UHGV virus genome: UHGV-0229283
Source: a virus
Direction: 5' to 3' (one strand)
DNA: 64,000 nt
The position numbers and the translations under genes are program-made. A model generated the notes under the pieces. That model saw nothing but the letters and a program-made list of their open reading frames with translations, was not told where the DNA came from and ran no database searches. Of this stretch, positions 9,711 to 21,200 are shown in pieces. Numbering within the stretch: position 1 is the stretch's first letter; each line of letters opens with the position of its first letter.

Positions 9711-12116
9711 ATGGCAAATATTATAGTGACTTCTACAGTCAACAAGGTAACATGGGACGTTGACAAAACGTCCTTTGGACGCGCCTTGAAAGCTGTAAAG
9801 CAAATTCGTTCCGAATGGGAAAAGACCGGGAAGGCTTTTTCTTCTGCTAAGGCCGACCCTGCTGCTGCCCTGAAACGTTCCGCCATGCAGGCGAGAATGG
9901 TTAATAAACGACTCAATCAAACTGAACGTGCAGAGGCGGCTAAGACCACAGCTCACAATATCGCAATGGCAAAGAAAGAAGCTCGTGCTCGTGAAGCCAT
10001 TGATAAGATTGAAAAGGCACGTCGTAAGGCTGCTGTCTCCAGACTAACTGCTGGTCGATCTCCAGAGTCGCAGGCAAACTATAATGCCCTGAAGGCACAG
10101 CTCCGTCAACAAGAAAAACTTGCTGCTAAGAACGGTGCTTATGGAACTAACCCTTCCATTTCTGCTGCACGTATGGCAGCATATGAAGCAAGTCTGAAAA
10201 ATAAGGGTGCTGGCGGCGGTGGTTCACCAATACTGAACGCTAATGCAACACCTTACGATCCTCGTCTTGCAGCACAACAACGTAAGGCAATGGAGCGTGA
10301 TCACGCACGTATGCGTCGTGAACAAGTCAAGCAGGATAAAGCTGACAATAAAGCCAGAGAGAAAATGGCCCGCGACGCAGAGCGGGAAGCTGGTAGAAGA
10401 GCAAGAGCACGGGAAGCGAAGATTAGCACAATATCTAACGCCAACATTCGTCTTCGTGCCAAGTATGGTGATAAATATGCAAGGAAATTGCCAGGTTATG
10501 ATTCCTTAGTTAACCGCTACATGAAGAGCGGGAACATGAAGGCATCAAATTTCCGTGCAGAACTTGCCTCTATGGAAACCGGACTCCGTAAGGCCAGCGC
10601 TAATACTCTTTCTTTGAATGATGGCTTGAGAAATCTACGCAGCACATTAATCAGTGTTACAGCAGCATACGGAGCGTTCAATGCCGCTGCAAGCGTTCTG
10701 AAAACTGGGCAGTTCTTCCAAGGTATGGAAGCAACAATGCTGATGGTCTCCGATGATTCTGCTGAGGCTGGTAAGCGTATTGAATTTGTGAGAAGCCAAG
10801 CGTATCGTTTAGGTCTCGACCTTAAGGTTGCAGCACAGGGTTATACCCAGATGTCTATCGCAGCAAACGGTGTACTTACTAAATCACAAAACGACCAACT
10901 CTTCAAGTCATTCTCTGAATATGCAACTGCCCTCCAGGTTGACCCTGTAAAATACCAACGCGGTATTACAGCTATTCAACAGATGATGGGTAAAGGCCAG
11001 ATCATGGCTGAAGAACTTAAGCAACAGCTTGCTGAAGGTATCCCAGGATCATTACAGGTGTTCATAAAGGCATCGCAAGAAGCTTTTAACGACTCCACCA
11101 TCGACGTTACCAAGTTGATGGATATGATGAAGAACGGGGAATTGAAGGCTGCTAAAGTGCTTCCGTTTGTTGCTAAATATTATGCAGAAGCTGCTAACAA
11201 GGGTGGCGCACTACAGAAAGCTTTACAAGGTAACCGGGTTGCTATGCAACGCCTTACCCAGACTTGGATGAACTTCCAGAACAAGATCTTCGAATCTGGA
11301 TTCGGTGATAAGATGACAGAGACATTTAATACCCTTGCCAAGATCTTGGATTCTAATGGTCCACTCGCCGCCGCCGTGGGTCAGTTTGTCGCTGGATTCA
11401 TAGACGGGTTCATGAAGATACCTTACGAATTATATAACTCTTTCATACTTGTAAAGGCCCTCCTTGAAGAGTACATCCCAATCTTCCGCGATAAGGGTGA
11501 TGAAATATCCAAAGCATGGAACTGGGTAGGTTGGGGAATAGGCGCTCTCTTCTTTGCAACATCCCTGATCCGTGTATTCAACATCTTAGCTAAGATCGCA
11601 GGCCTCGCCGGGGCTATCAAGGCCATTGGTAAGGTTTTTGGTGCAGGTGGCGATGCTGATGGCGACAGAGATACAAGGCGTAGAGGCCCCCGCTTAGGCA
11701 ATGTTGGTAAGGTTGCTCGTTGGGCTGGTCTGTATGGGTTGATAGCTGGGGAGAGTATGATCGGGGGTGACTATGTCTTCGACATGGCTCAAGATTTCAG
11801 CGATAACAGGTACGGGAAAGAAACCACGGCAGGCGGGAATTTGAAGAAAAATTCAGCGCTAGGAAGAGCCTGGGATTTCTTTTCAAACGCATGGAGTACC
11901 AAAGAAAGCAACAGATTAAATTATCTTCAAAACCAGAGCATGATGCCTGGTACAACAACTTCAGCGTCAACCCCTCCAATGGTTATCCCTACTGAGCCTG
12001 TCTCTGGTGAGATAACTATCAAACTGGATGCCGGAGAGCTGAAGGATATGATTGACCAACAGATCGAAGCATCGAATATGGGTAACATCAATTTGATCCT
12101 TGGTGTCCCAGATTAA
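9711..12116 (+). CDS. tail tape measure protein
   Basis: 801 aa. Ala/Lys/Arg-rich coiled-coil N-terminal half and hydrophobic Gly-rich segments. Position after the G/GT chaperone. Confidence 0.7.
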   Translation: MANIIVTSTVNKVTWDVDKTSFGRALKAVKQIRSEWEKTGKAFSSAKADPAAALKRSAMQARMVNKRLNQTERAEAAKTTAHNIAMAKKEARAREAIDKIEKARRKAAVSRLTAGRSPESQANYNALKAQLRQQEKLAAKNGAYGTNPSISAARMAAYEASLKNKGAGGGGSPILNANATPYDPRLAAQQRKAMERDHARMRREQVKQDKADNKAREKMARDAEREAGRRARAREAKISTISNANIRLRAKYGDKYARKLPGYDSLVNRYMKSGNMKASNFRAELASMETGLRKASANTLSLNDGLRNLRSTLISVTAAYGAFNAAASVLKTGQFFQGMEATMLMVSDDSAEAGKRIEFVRSQAYRLGLDLKVAAQGYTQMSIAANGVLTKSQNDQLFKSFSEYATALQVDPVKYQRGITAIQQMMGKGQIMAEELKQQLAEGIPGSLQVFIKASQEAFNDSTIDVTKLMDMMKNGELKAAKVLPFVAKYYAEAANKGGALQKALQGNRVAMQRLTQTWMNFQNKIFESGFGDKMTETFNTLAKILDSNGPLAAAVGQFVAGFIDGFMKIPYELYNSFILVKALLEEYIPIFRDKGDEISKAWNWVGWGIGALFFATSLIRVFNILAKIAGLAGAIKAIGKVFGAGGDADGDRDTRRRGPRLGNVGKVARWAGLYGLIAGESMIGGDYVFDMAQDFSDNRYGKETTAGGNLKKNSALGRAWDFFSNAWSTKESNRLNYLQNQSMMPGTTTSASTPPMVIPTEPVSGEITIKLDAGELKDMIDQQIEASNMGNINLILGVPD

Positions 12117-12118
12117 TA

Positions 12119-12141
12119 CAAGGGGCTTCGGCCCCTTTTTC
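12119..12141 (+). terminator. rho-independent terminator
   Basis: GGGGC-TTCG-GCCCC hairpin followed by TTTTT. Confidence 0.6.
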
Positions 12142-12197
12142 GTTGTTTTATTTGAAGATTTATGATAAAATCATAACAAGCTTATTGAGGAGGCTTT

Positions 12198-13070
12198 ATG
12201 GCAGTTGTAGCAAGCAATCAGTCCAAACCGCAACAAGGTAAGGCTACAGCAAACGTTGAGCAAAAAGTCTCTACGGCTCAGAATGCCAGTAGTGAAGTTC
12301 AATATACATTGTTTGCGAGCGGACTTAATAACGGTGGCAGAAACGTTGAACTAAAGAATAAAAACTATACGGATAACATTGCAATCCTTTTTGATGTTGT
12401 TGAGGATCACTCTTATACCCGGACAGTTGACAAGACATCATACGCTGTTGAAAACAAAGTAAAATATAGTGACCACGGCGTTATTGAGGATGGGAAATTC
12501 TCTTTCAGTGCGAGAATCAATAGCTCGCCACTCTACATGATCGAGAACAACTACATCGACAAAGACACCGATCCTAACAACCCGGTAGAATCCCGACGCC
12601 CAGAAAAGGCCTTGGAGGTTTTGGAAAGGCTCATCACTGACCGCCAAATCGTTACGCTTGTAACGGAAGACCGCATCATTGAAAATTATATCCTTACCTC
12701 TTTGGAAGCAAGCCGCAGCAATTCAGATGGGGCAGCGCTGGTGTTTCAACTTGAGTTTACTGAGTTCCGTACTTTTACTCTTGGGAAGACAGCCTTAGCC
12801 ACGGTATATACCGACCCTAAAAAATCTGGGGGAAAAACAAAGCAGAAAGGCTCTGTTCAGTCTTCGGCTACAGATGACGAAGTAGACGTCACTGCAAGGA
12901 GAACAAAGTTTGCTGGGCCTAATCAAGATAGTTGGCAAGAAAGGGCTAAAAAATTAGGTGTTACAGGCAGGACTATGCAAGATGAGAAAGTGGGTACACT
13001 AACCCCGGATGGCAAGTTAAAGGACCTCAGCGGTAATGTTGTTGATTATGGCAAGGTGGTAGGTAACTAA
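12198..13070 (+). CDS. tail/baseplate assembly protein (post-TMP, DNA-circulation-like position)
   Basis: 290 aa with RBS GAGGAGG. Position only. Confidence 0.3.
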   Translation: MAVVASNQSKPQQGKATANVEQKVSTAQNASSEVQYTLFASGLNNGGRNVELKNKNYTDNIAILFDVVEDHSYTRTVDKTSYAVENKVKYSDHGVIEDGKFSFSARINSSPLYMIENNYIDKDTDPNNPVESRRPEKALEVLERLITDRQIVTLVTEDRIIENYILTSLEASRSNSDGAALVFQLEFTEFRTFTLGKTALATVYTDPKKSGGKTKQKGSVQSSATDDEVDVTARRTKFAGPNQDSWQERAKKLGVTGRTMQDEKVGTLTPDGKLKDLSGNVVDYGKVVGN

Positions 13071-13423
13071 TGGCAAAAATAACATTCACTTGGGACATAG
13101 ATGGGTTTGCGGACCAGACCATGCGTGTGGTTCTGGACAGTCAAACTTATGAAATGCGTTTTCAATGGAACGAGAGAGACGAGTCTTGGTTAGTATACTT
13201 TGGTGATGTCGGTTCCACACCTACAATTTCCTTTAAACTGACAACAATTTTTAATCTTTTGCAGCCATTCCAATACTTGGACAATATACCGGCAGGAGAC
13301 CTCTGTGTATTTTCTTTTACTCAATCCACTAAACGTGTAGGGAGATACAATATTGGATTTTTGTCAGACTTGCAACTACTTTACTCGTCTCCTGATGATG
13401 AGGTAACAACCGATGAGGAGTAA
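13070..13423 (+). CDS. small baseplate/tail protein
   Basis: 117 aa. TAATG overlap with the upstream gene. Confidence 0.3.
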   Translation: MAKITFTWDIDGFADQTMRVVLDSQTYEMRFQWNERDESWLVYFGDVGSTPTISFKLTTIFNLLQPFQYLDNIPAGDLCVFSFTQSTKRVGRYNIGFLSDLQLLYSSPDDEVTTDEE

Positions 13424-13426
13424 ACA

Positions 13427-14416
13427 ATGCCTGCTTACAGAACAAGAACCTATAAGCTGACGATAGGTAAACCAGTGTATGTTGGTGAAAAGCCTACCAA
13501 TATATCGGACTATACCAACCAGAATGCTAAAGATGCGTATTATATCAGTAATGAAACTGGTGCCGCAAACATCGAGTTTGAGGTCAAGAAGGACAATTCG
13601 AAGGAGCCCAATAAAGGGTATGTTACCATCTACAACCTCTCCGATGAGACGGTGAGCTACCTCGATGCTAACCAACGAGAGTCCATTGCTATCGTTCTTG
13701 AGGCCGGATTTGATGGTGAGAACCAGACTATCTTTTCTGGGACCGTAGAGTTTGTTCAGGATAAGTGGGACGGCAATACTCGTCAGACAAAGATGATCCT
13801 TGGTGATGCGACCGTAAATATTAAAACGGCAAAGACCTCTCGCTCTTATAAGAAAGGTACGCCAATAGACACGGTAGTCAGTGACCTTGCTTCTGATATG
13901 AAGCTCCCCATTGGGAAGATCGTCAAGTTTGGCGACCAAACTCTTCAGCACTCTATGTCCTTTACGGGTCTCGCCGCAAATAACTTGGAGAGATTAGCCA
14001 AGAATACAGGATCTACTTTCAGTGTTCAAGATGGTGCTGTATATTGGACCACGCAAGGGAAAAGATTTCAAAGGGCAGTTTTTGAGATCAGTGCTGAATC
14101 TGGTATGCATGATTCACCAACGCCACAGAACCCTGAGCCTGCAAAGAGGAGAAAGGAAAAAAGGGCCAAGTCTAAGAGAAAATCATCTAAGCCCCACGTA
14201 CCCACTTCCGCAGAGATAAAAGAAGACGCTGGGTTGGTGGTGGTAACAGAAATGAATGGCGCTATCATACCAGAATCAACGGTATTTTTAAAGAGCCAGA
14301 AATATACAGGTTTTTACAAGGTTGTTTACTTAACTCATAAAGGTCAGCTCGAAGGTGGGGATTGGATCACAGAGTTAGGACTTGCAGAAACCCGTGGTGG
14401 AATTGTGGAGGCCTAA
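13427..14416 (+). CDS. putative baseplate hub protein (P2 gpD / Mu P-like position)
   Basis: 329 aa, just before the spike gene. Lys-rich internal linker. Confidence 0.4.
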   Translation: MPAYRTRTYKLTIGKPVYVGEKPTNISDYTNQNAKDAYYISNETGAANIEFEVKKDNSKEPNKGYVTIYNLSDETVSYLDANQRESIAIVLEAGFDGENQTIFSGTVEFVQDKWDGNTRQTKMILGDATVNIKTAKTSRSYKKGTPIDTVVSDLASDMKLPIGKIVKFGDQTLQHSMSFTGLAANNLERLAKNTGSTFSVQDGAVYWTTQGKRFQRAVFEISAESGMHDSPTPQNPEPAKRRKEKRAKSKRKSSKPHVPTSAEIKEDAGLVVVTEMNGAIIPESTVFLKSQKYTGFYKVVYLTHKGQLEGGDWITELGLAETRGGIVEA

Positions 14417-15117
14417 TGGCAGCAATAACCCGTATGGATGCAGCCCTTAATCAATGGTTTGCAAAACAGGCCAGAGATATTCACACAGGGCTAAGGGCAA
14501 CGGTAGTTGATGTAGACTATAGCATCCCGTCTGCAACAGTTCAACCTCTTGCGAGTACAAACTTCCCAGATGGGACTGTGGATGCCTATGGCTCTGTTTT
14601 TGATGTTCCCCTATCAATGCCTTCAGGTAATGGAGGAAAAGCCCGCCTAACGATTCCTGTGAAACCTGGTGATATTGTGGGTCTGAGCTTCTCAGAAAGG
14701 AATGAGAATGATAATAATGACCAGACAACTCATAATATGTTTCCTGGGTGGGCGATAATTGGTGTTCACAGCGATGGGAATGCCATGACGATCGATCCAG
14801 ACAATGTTGAACTTTGGAACGACAAGGTGCATTTCTCAATGACGCCTGCGGGTGATTTCACGCTGGAGACGCCAGTAGGAAAATTAGTGGTTGACCAATC
14901 TGGGAATTTCAAGTTCGATAATGGTGCGGCAAACCTGACAGCAGAATCTGGTGGTACGATTAAGATGAATGGTGCTCAAGTTACCCCTGATGGCAATATT
15001 ATTACTGCGCGGGGTGTAAACATGAATGATTTTTATGATTATTTTATTCGCCATACACATCACTACACTTGGACAGATGATGGTGGTCAGAACAATACCG
15101 ATGCTCCAAATGCATGA
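14416..15117 (+). CDS. baseplate central spike (gpV/gp5-like) with C-terminal HxH metal-binding tip
   Basis: Start set at the TAATG-coupled ATG at 14416 with RBS GGAGG. The C-terminus FIRHTHHYTW matches the HxH motif of P2 gpV / phi92 gp138-type spike tips. It lies next to the gp25/W-like gene. Confidence 0.5.
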   Translation: MAAITRMDAALNQWFAKQARDIHTGLRATVVDVDYSIPSATVQPLASTNFPDGTVDAYGSVFDVPLSMPSGNGGKARLTIPVKPGDIVGLSFSERNENDNNDQTTHNMFPGWAIIGVHSDGNAMTIDPDNVELWNDKVHFSMTPAGDFTLETPVGKLVVDQSGNFKFDNGAANLTAESGGTIKMNGAQVTPDGNIITARGVNMNDFYDYFIRHTHHYTWTDDGGQNNTDAPNA

Positions 15118-15126
15118 GGGGAATAG

Positions 15127-15741
15127 ATGGCAACTCTTTATTCTGACTTCTTGATGGACCCTGTTACTGGAGATCTTGATGTTTCTACAGGTCTTCAGTT
15201 GATAGAATCCAATCAAGTAAGTCTACGACAGCGCTTATGGCTAAGGTTTAATGTGTGGGCAGGGGATTGGTATTTTGATGAGACCTTTGGATTTCCATAC
15301 AGAACCTACATAAGTAAAAAAGTTATGAAGACGGTCCTTGATAATAAGATAAAGGAAATAACCCGTCTTGAACCGGATGTTTTAGAAATTGCAGATTTCC
15401 AGTCTGTAATGGACCATACAACAAGAAGCTATTCTGCCTTTTTTGAAGTTTTAACAAAAGAGCAGGAGATTGTAAGAATAGCCTTCGTGGGTGCTGATGA
15501 TTACTACTACCCGACGCCAAACCCTGAAACAACAACACTTTGCGGAGATGAGGGCTGGATACCTTGGGGAAATAAGTTATACTACCTTATCAACTTTAGA
15601 TTACCTAAGACTGGTGATGCAACTTGGTGGAATACTTGGGCGGGTGATATGGAAAACCCTGTACCACCAGGGACCCTTCTGACCAGAAAAAGTGACCCAG
15701 TAGCCACTCCAGGTGATAAGACTATAAACACTATAAAATAA
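15127..15741 (+). CDS. baseplate wedge protein (gp25 / gpW-like)
   Basis: The N-terminus MATLYSDFLMDPVTGDLDVSTGLQLIESNQVSLRQRL matches the conserved gp25/GPW pattern. Position after the spike. Confidence 0.5.
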   Translation: MATLYSDFLMDPVTGDLDVSTGLQLIESNQVSLRQRLWLRFNVWAGDWYFDETFGFPYRTYISKKVMKTVLDNKIKEITRLEPDVLEIADFQSVMDHTTRSYSAFFEVLTKEQEIVRIAFVGADDYYYPTPNPETTTLCGDEGWIPWGNKLYYLINFRLPKTGDATWWNTWAGDMENPVPPGTLLTRKSDPVATPGDKTINTIK

Positions 15742-15768
15742 AAATCACCACAATTCAAGATTTCTTTT

Positions 15769-15805
15769 AGGTCTGTGCTCCCATAAGGCAGACCATTGTT
15801 CTTTT
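15769..15805 (+). terminator. rho-independent terminator
   Basis: GGTCTG...CAGACC hairpin followed by ATTGTTCTTTT. Confidence 0.5.
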
Positions 15806-15811
15806 AAATCT

Positions 15812-15830
15812 TTGAACTTTGTGGTAAAAT
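15812..15830 (+). promoter_or_regulatory. extended -10 promoter (TGgTAAAAT) for tailspike 1
   Basis: TGGTAAAAT at 15822-15830, after the terminator and about 30 nt before the RBS AAGAGGGG and the ATG at 15863. Confidence 0.35.
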
Positions 15831-15862
15831 GTACTAATGTTAAGAAGAGGGGTAAATATAAG

Positions 15863-17902
15863 ATGCTACAGAGTGTTAAAATATCTGAGTTGCCAAGTGC
15901 AGACACTTTAACAGAAGATGACCTGATCGTTATCGACCAACCAGACTATACAAAGAAGGCGACTTTATTTCAAGTATTAAATCATCTTAAAGACTCAGTT
16001 GAGCAGTCAACGCTGGTGGTTTTGGAACAACCAGATGGATTGAAGCACATAGGACGTTGCCAGGATATTGCCACTCTAAGAACGATCGAGCCTACGGAGC
16101 AAGGTCAAAAAATTGAAGTGGTTAGCTACTACAATGACTGGTCTGCTACTGCCGCCGGCCCTATTGGTGGGGGGGAATTTTACTATGACAGCAGCGATAC
16201 CACCACTGATGATGATGGCATATTCACCTTCGTCACCGCCGGTGGAGCAAGGTGGAAAAGGGTTATAAATACCGGGGAGTACAGCATAGAGTTTGGTGGA
16301 TGCAGGCCAGGTGATGATATAGTTAGCGTTGTACATACTCTGCGGGACAGAATCCTGCAAGACTTTTTAGACAAGCAAACGACTGCAACTGTTCCGGTTG
16401 ATTATGATCTAGCCTCTATAATTATCCCGGCTGGTAACTACATTGTGAGTGAGTGCATCACTCTTTACACTATGACTCCTATTTTTTGCAATGGTCGGGT
16501 TACTTTTGATGGGAGGCAAGTGACACAAAAAGCCATTTTTTGCGTATCACATGATACTCTGGCTGGGGTTACTTTTCCAAAATACCTACCAGAAGGGCCA
16601 GTAATTGGAGGTACTCAGCAATTTGCTATAATTGGTTCTCAAACCGTCCCAGGATTCATGTATGGTAACACCGTAGAGAAACGCCCAGTCCTTGTGGGAC
16701 GCATGCTGGAAAACGCCAGCATACGTTACGTTTCAAAATTCATTGAATGCAATGGTGAGTATGACACTTACCTGTGCACCTTTAAAAAGGTTAGCTGCTA
16801 TCTTTCAACTAGCCACGGAATCCATTTCTCAGCTACAAACTCAGTCAATTCAGGTGAGCGCAACTCGTTTGAAGAAGTAAACATCGGAGGGTGCGGTGGC
16901 AACTCTGTTCATATTAAGCAATCAGGGCTGCAACTATCCCTAATCAGCACATCCATTGATTTTGCTTCAGGCGATGGAATTCATATCGAAGACACGGCAT
17001 CCTTTGTCTCTGTGGACGTGTCTGGAGGTAGCCACGCAGAAGCGATAGACGGTTATTTCATTTACAACACAAGTTTCAGGAACCTTGTTACCTGGAATGG
17101 TGGGCAATGGTTGCCAACGAATAGGACTGGCGCGGCAAGAACAAACTATCAGGGTAGGCAGCTTGTATATGGTGACTTAAATACCATCAAGTTAAGAGAT
17201 GTACTTATCCTAAATACCGCAGTTGCCGATGGGGAGAGTGTTTATATTGGAAAGTCATCATCATCTAGCTATCTGGATGCGACTGGGTGTAGAGATCAAT
17301 ACGGACTTGTTGGCAGCTCTGAGTCTATAGCTAACGCAGGCTCAGACATGTCTAAGGAGTTAGAGGGATTTACTTTCTCAAGTACAAATATGAAAGCAGT
17401 GTCGTTTCAAAAACCAGACGATATTACTTTTTGGTACGCAGGGCTCACCGCTAAAATAGCAAAAGATGATGATAATAATTTGGTTCTTCAATTAGTGCCC
17501 AATACAGAGGGGCTTGTGAGCAACTATCTAAACATCACTACGGTTGATTATATGCCTGTTATTCCAGGTAAGAGCTTGATGAAGGTTTGGGGCGTGGGTC
17601 AAAAATTGAGTGCTGACCTGCGATTTAGAATCCAATGCAATGTTAAGTGGTATGATTCAAATAAAACGCTCATATCGACAACAACTAGCGGCGGGATAAC
17701 CGATATTGTTACTAACTCAAAAATAACTACATCGCCATCCTATTCAACTGATGCTACTGTGAATGGGAAAAGAAAGCTGGCGACCTATGTGACATCACTT
17801 AGAGCGCCGGCCGGGGCTGTGTTTGCGAAACCTTACTGGCTAATCAGCGGTGTAGATAAAACGGTGAATGTAACCCGCCTGGCATGTGCAATAGAGGGAT
17901 GA
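15863..17902 (+). CDS. tailspike protein 1 (beta-helix-like) with a conserved N-terminal anchor domain
   Basis: Start reassigned to MLQSVKISELPSA, which has an RBS. The N-terminal 45 aa align with the N-termini of the 18291 and 22303 proteins. The body is rich in N/G/S/T repeats typical of right-handed beta-helix depolymerase spikes. Confidence 0.55.
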   Translation: MLQSVKISELPSADTLTEDDLIVIDQPDYTKKATLFQVLNHLKDSVEQSTLVVLEQPDGLKHIGRCQDIATLRTIEPTEQGQKIEVVSYYNDWSATAAGPIGGGEFYYDSSDTTTDDDGIFTFVTAGGARWKRVINTGEYSIEFGGCRPGDDIVSVVHTLRDRILQDFLDKQTTATVPVDYDLASIIIPAGNYIVSECITLYTMTPIFCNGRVTFDGRQVTQKAIFCVSHDTLAGVTFPKYLPEGPVIGGTQQFAIIGSQTVPGFMYGNTVEKRPVLVGRMLENASIRYVSKFIECNGEYDTYLCTFKKVSCYLSTSHGIHFSATNSVNSGERNSFEEVNIGGCGGNSVHIKQSGLQLSLISTSIDFASGDGIHIEDTASFVSVDVSGGSHAEAIDGYFIYNTSFRNLVTWNGGQWLPTNRTGAARTNYQGRQLVYGDLNTIKLRDVLILNTAVADGESVYIGKSSSSSYLDATGCRDQYGLVGSSESIANAGSDMSKELEGFTFSSTNMKAVSFQKPDDITFWYAGLTAKIAKDDDNNLVLQLVPNTEGLVSNYLNITTVDYMPVIPGKSLMKVWGVGQKLSADLRFRIQCNVKWYDSNKTLISTTTSGGITDIVTNSKITTSPSYSTDATVNGKRKLATYVTSLRAPAGAVFAKPYWLISGVDKTVNVTRLACAIEG

Positions 17903-17907
17903 TAAAG

Positions 17908-18135
17908 ATGAATATCATATTGAAGTTTGATAGCGAGGAAGTGGCCTCATCGACCATGGAAGCGGCAGGGCTTTCTATAGGATCGGATGCTGTTAAGTTT
18001 TCAGGTTACAAGTCTGAACGTCCTGATATGAGTGCTAAATTTTTTATCATGTTAAGTGCCGATGAAATACCTGATTCACTATACGACCATGAGTATGACT
18101 ATAGCGAACCGGTACTGGCTCATGATTCATTTTAG
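17908..18135 (+). CDS. hypothetical small acidic protein between the tailspike genes
   Basis: 75 aa from MNIILKF, with RBS GAGGGA after the TGA of tailspike 1. Confidence 0.3.
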   Translation: MNIILKFDSEEVASSTMEAAGLSIGSDAVKFSGYKSERPDMSAKFFIMLSADEIPDSLYDHEYDYSEPVLAHDSF

Positions 18136-18290
18136 TCTTAAATTTCACACTAACTACGGCCTGCAACGGTTAGTGAAAAAAAAAATCTGTCGTGGCGCAT
18201 GTAGTCGTTCCCCCTTCGCTATGCAAGGCCTTAACAATTATATGACAGTCACCATGTACTGTTTCAGACTAATTTCTTGGAGGACAAAAG

Positions 18291-21200
18291 ATGGCCTTAG
18301 AAACAATTAAAATTGCGGAGCTACCCTCTGCAACCCAAGTGGTCGGAGACGACTACCTTGTTGTAGAACAACCAGATAAGACCAAAAAGGCCACTGCCTT
18401 TCAGGTTATCTCAGACCTTGACTTGGCAAATAAATCATCCTTGACAGGACCTGGTGGGGCTGGTATTATCGGCACAGAGGATGGAGAGGGAGTTCAGAAA
18501 AGTCTTGATATCGATCGCGCAAATACAAGAGAACTTTGGAGAAGAGCACTGCACGACCTTGGTTTGACACTTGTGGATGGTTCTTTTGAGGAAGGGGCGA
18601 CCCTTACCTACACAACCGATGCTATTTGGCATATGGCTGGAGCACAATGTTACACTTGGTCGGGTACTTTTCCAAAATCTGTGCCTGCTGGGTTAACACC
18701 ATCCACTACAGGATCTGGATGGATTACGGTTGGCGGACTAAGTCTGCTAGATGAAGTAACCGAGATCAAAAATGAAGCAGTTGAGGCAAAAGACCAAGCA
18801 GAGGATGCGAGAGATGAGGCTCAGGCATATGTATTGCAGGCCTCTGAGCTGGGAAACTTATATGCCTCTGTTAGTGAAGGTCTTGCTGCAACTACGGATG
18901 GGCAATATTTCCAAGTCCCTCAGGGAAGTGGTAGTTCTGTAGCGTTCAAAGTTTACAAGAATAATGCAGGGGTTGCTCAAGAAGTTGCGGCTGTACCTAG
19001 TGCCGGGGCGATTATAAAGACTATCCGGGGATATGAAACATTAGAGGCAGCGCAGGCTGATGCGGACGCTGGAAATATTCTGGTTGGCTCTACTGCATTT
19101 TACCGTAGCACCGATGATAACGTGCTCTCTGTAGAGGTGATAAACGCCTCAGGAACGATGAAAGAAACGGGAGCAAGAATACCGTCGGAAGCAGGTGTTG
19201 AAAACAGAGTAAATAAATCTTATAGTGAGCTGGATGGTAAGATTAGTGGAACCAATGCTTTACTTGGAGAATTTTCCTCACTCCCGTTGACTTCCTTTAC
19301 AAGCATTACCGCGCCTGGTGACACTGTAGTCAATGTCGGTAAAGAATCCGTTTTACGCATTAACTCCCTGTCCGCTGCTGAAACGTCAAACGCCCGTAAC
19401 CAGAAAAATACTTTGAAAGTTACAGAGCTGCAAAGTGGTGTAACCACTGTTGTAGCTGAATTGCTTCCTGCGGAATATTTCGCTGACAACGTTCTGAATT
19501 CACCTTATCACTCAGTACAGTTGGCAAAAATAAGACCTGCAACCGTGCTGCTTGATGAGACAAAATCAGTTGCCAGAGCGATATTCACCAACGTAGCACT
19601 TATTAATACTTACAGCTCGATCACTTCTTATGCTGTTATTGATAAGTCTGGTGCATTTATTTCAGCGGCACCTGGTGAATATGGAACTGACGGCAACTAC
19701 TGCGCATTATATGGTAGTAGTACCCCGAGCGAAACGGCGATTGCGTTGACATTCCCGTATTCTGCTATCACTGGGGCCGGGTACGACCTTACAGAGGAAG
19801 GGGTGAAATCCTACTTCTATGATTCTTTTGATGATGTCAATCTGTATTACAGAAGTACAGATGTTTCACAATATAAAACAACTTTCCTGGCAAAATTAGG
19901 TGCTGAACCTGTAACCATTTCTGTAAATGCGTATCTGACTATTGATGCAGATATCCTTTATTACAATGGGATCTCTCGTTTAGAGTCCGATAACAATCCA
20001 TTTACTCGTTTTGTTACGGATGCAGCAAATGACACCTCAGTTGACTATAGTGGACTTATTGAATTAAAAGTAAGTTTCCCTGAAGGCTTGGTTTATGGTC
20101 ATAACTGCATTAAGGTATCTGATTCAGATGGAAATGTGTTCGATGCTCAGTTCTCTGCTGATGACTTCGTTAACCTTCGCTTTCAGTCAAATGAAGGTTA
20201 TCACCCTGATGGATCGTTCAAAACTGGCTCAGTGTGGATCGTTGACTCTGTAGCAGCAGGTCAAAAGAAATATTATAACGTTGATATTTATGGTTATCGT
20301 TACGACGATACTGTTTATACAGAGGGGCTTGAATATTATGCACCTACTGATGCCTTGAAGCGTTATAACATTAAAGTAGGCGATTTGTATTATCGCTTTG
20401 CTTTTGCCGGTGGAGCTTATGGCCTTACATCCATTGATGCTGCTAAAAATGATGATACTAACCGTATCAGATGCACACTTAGCCCACAGCATCGCTATGT
20501 GAATGCAGGTGCTCAGGTTATCGAGTATTTCACCGATAACGTTACGCTGAAGGTCATCAATTCCGGTCCACTTTTTACCGAGGTTGAACGTATTGGTTAC
20601 AATGCTGCCAGTGCCATTTATGAGGCTGGTATTCTTAAAGCCACTACACGGTATCGTATCTTTAAGAACGGTGTGGTCATCGTTAAGAATACGGTTACAG
20701 CGCTTCAGGAAATCCCTGTTGGTAAAATGTATGGCGAAACCATTAGCTCAAATATTGCATATCAGTCCGGGACAACCCCTGTCTATGCAGGATCAGCAGC
20801 AGCAGCGATTACCAATGGTAATACTGCTGGTGGTGGTAAATTCTCTTATGTACCTACCATTGTAAATGGTGACTTACATAGGGATGGTACAGCTGGGGGG
20901 CCAACAAGAACTGCTGGTATATCCATGACCAATAATTCACAGACTTTGACACTAGGTGTCACAACTGGGTGGCAATTCTACTCCTTTACTGACTACTCTT
21001 TACTGAACTGGCCAGTAGAGAAAAACTGGACGTGGCCAATCGAGATTTGGCTGAATGCCAATGAAACAGAAACTGATCCACTGGCACTTGCGAAGAAAGT
21101 TTATAACCGTCCTGTTGGTTTTGCTCGTGAGGGTAAACTTCCAAACTTTGCAGTTAAAGAAGCAGAGCGTAAACTTCGTGAATTGCTTGAAGGTGTGGCT

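Noticed and set aside
10243-10509. 88-aa + strand ORF inside the tape-measure gene, and the 11423-11701 minus ORF
   Set aside because: They are internal out-of-frame or antisense ORFs within an 801-aa gene of continuous coding character.
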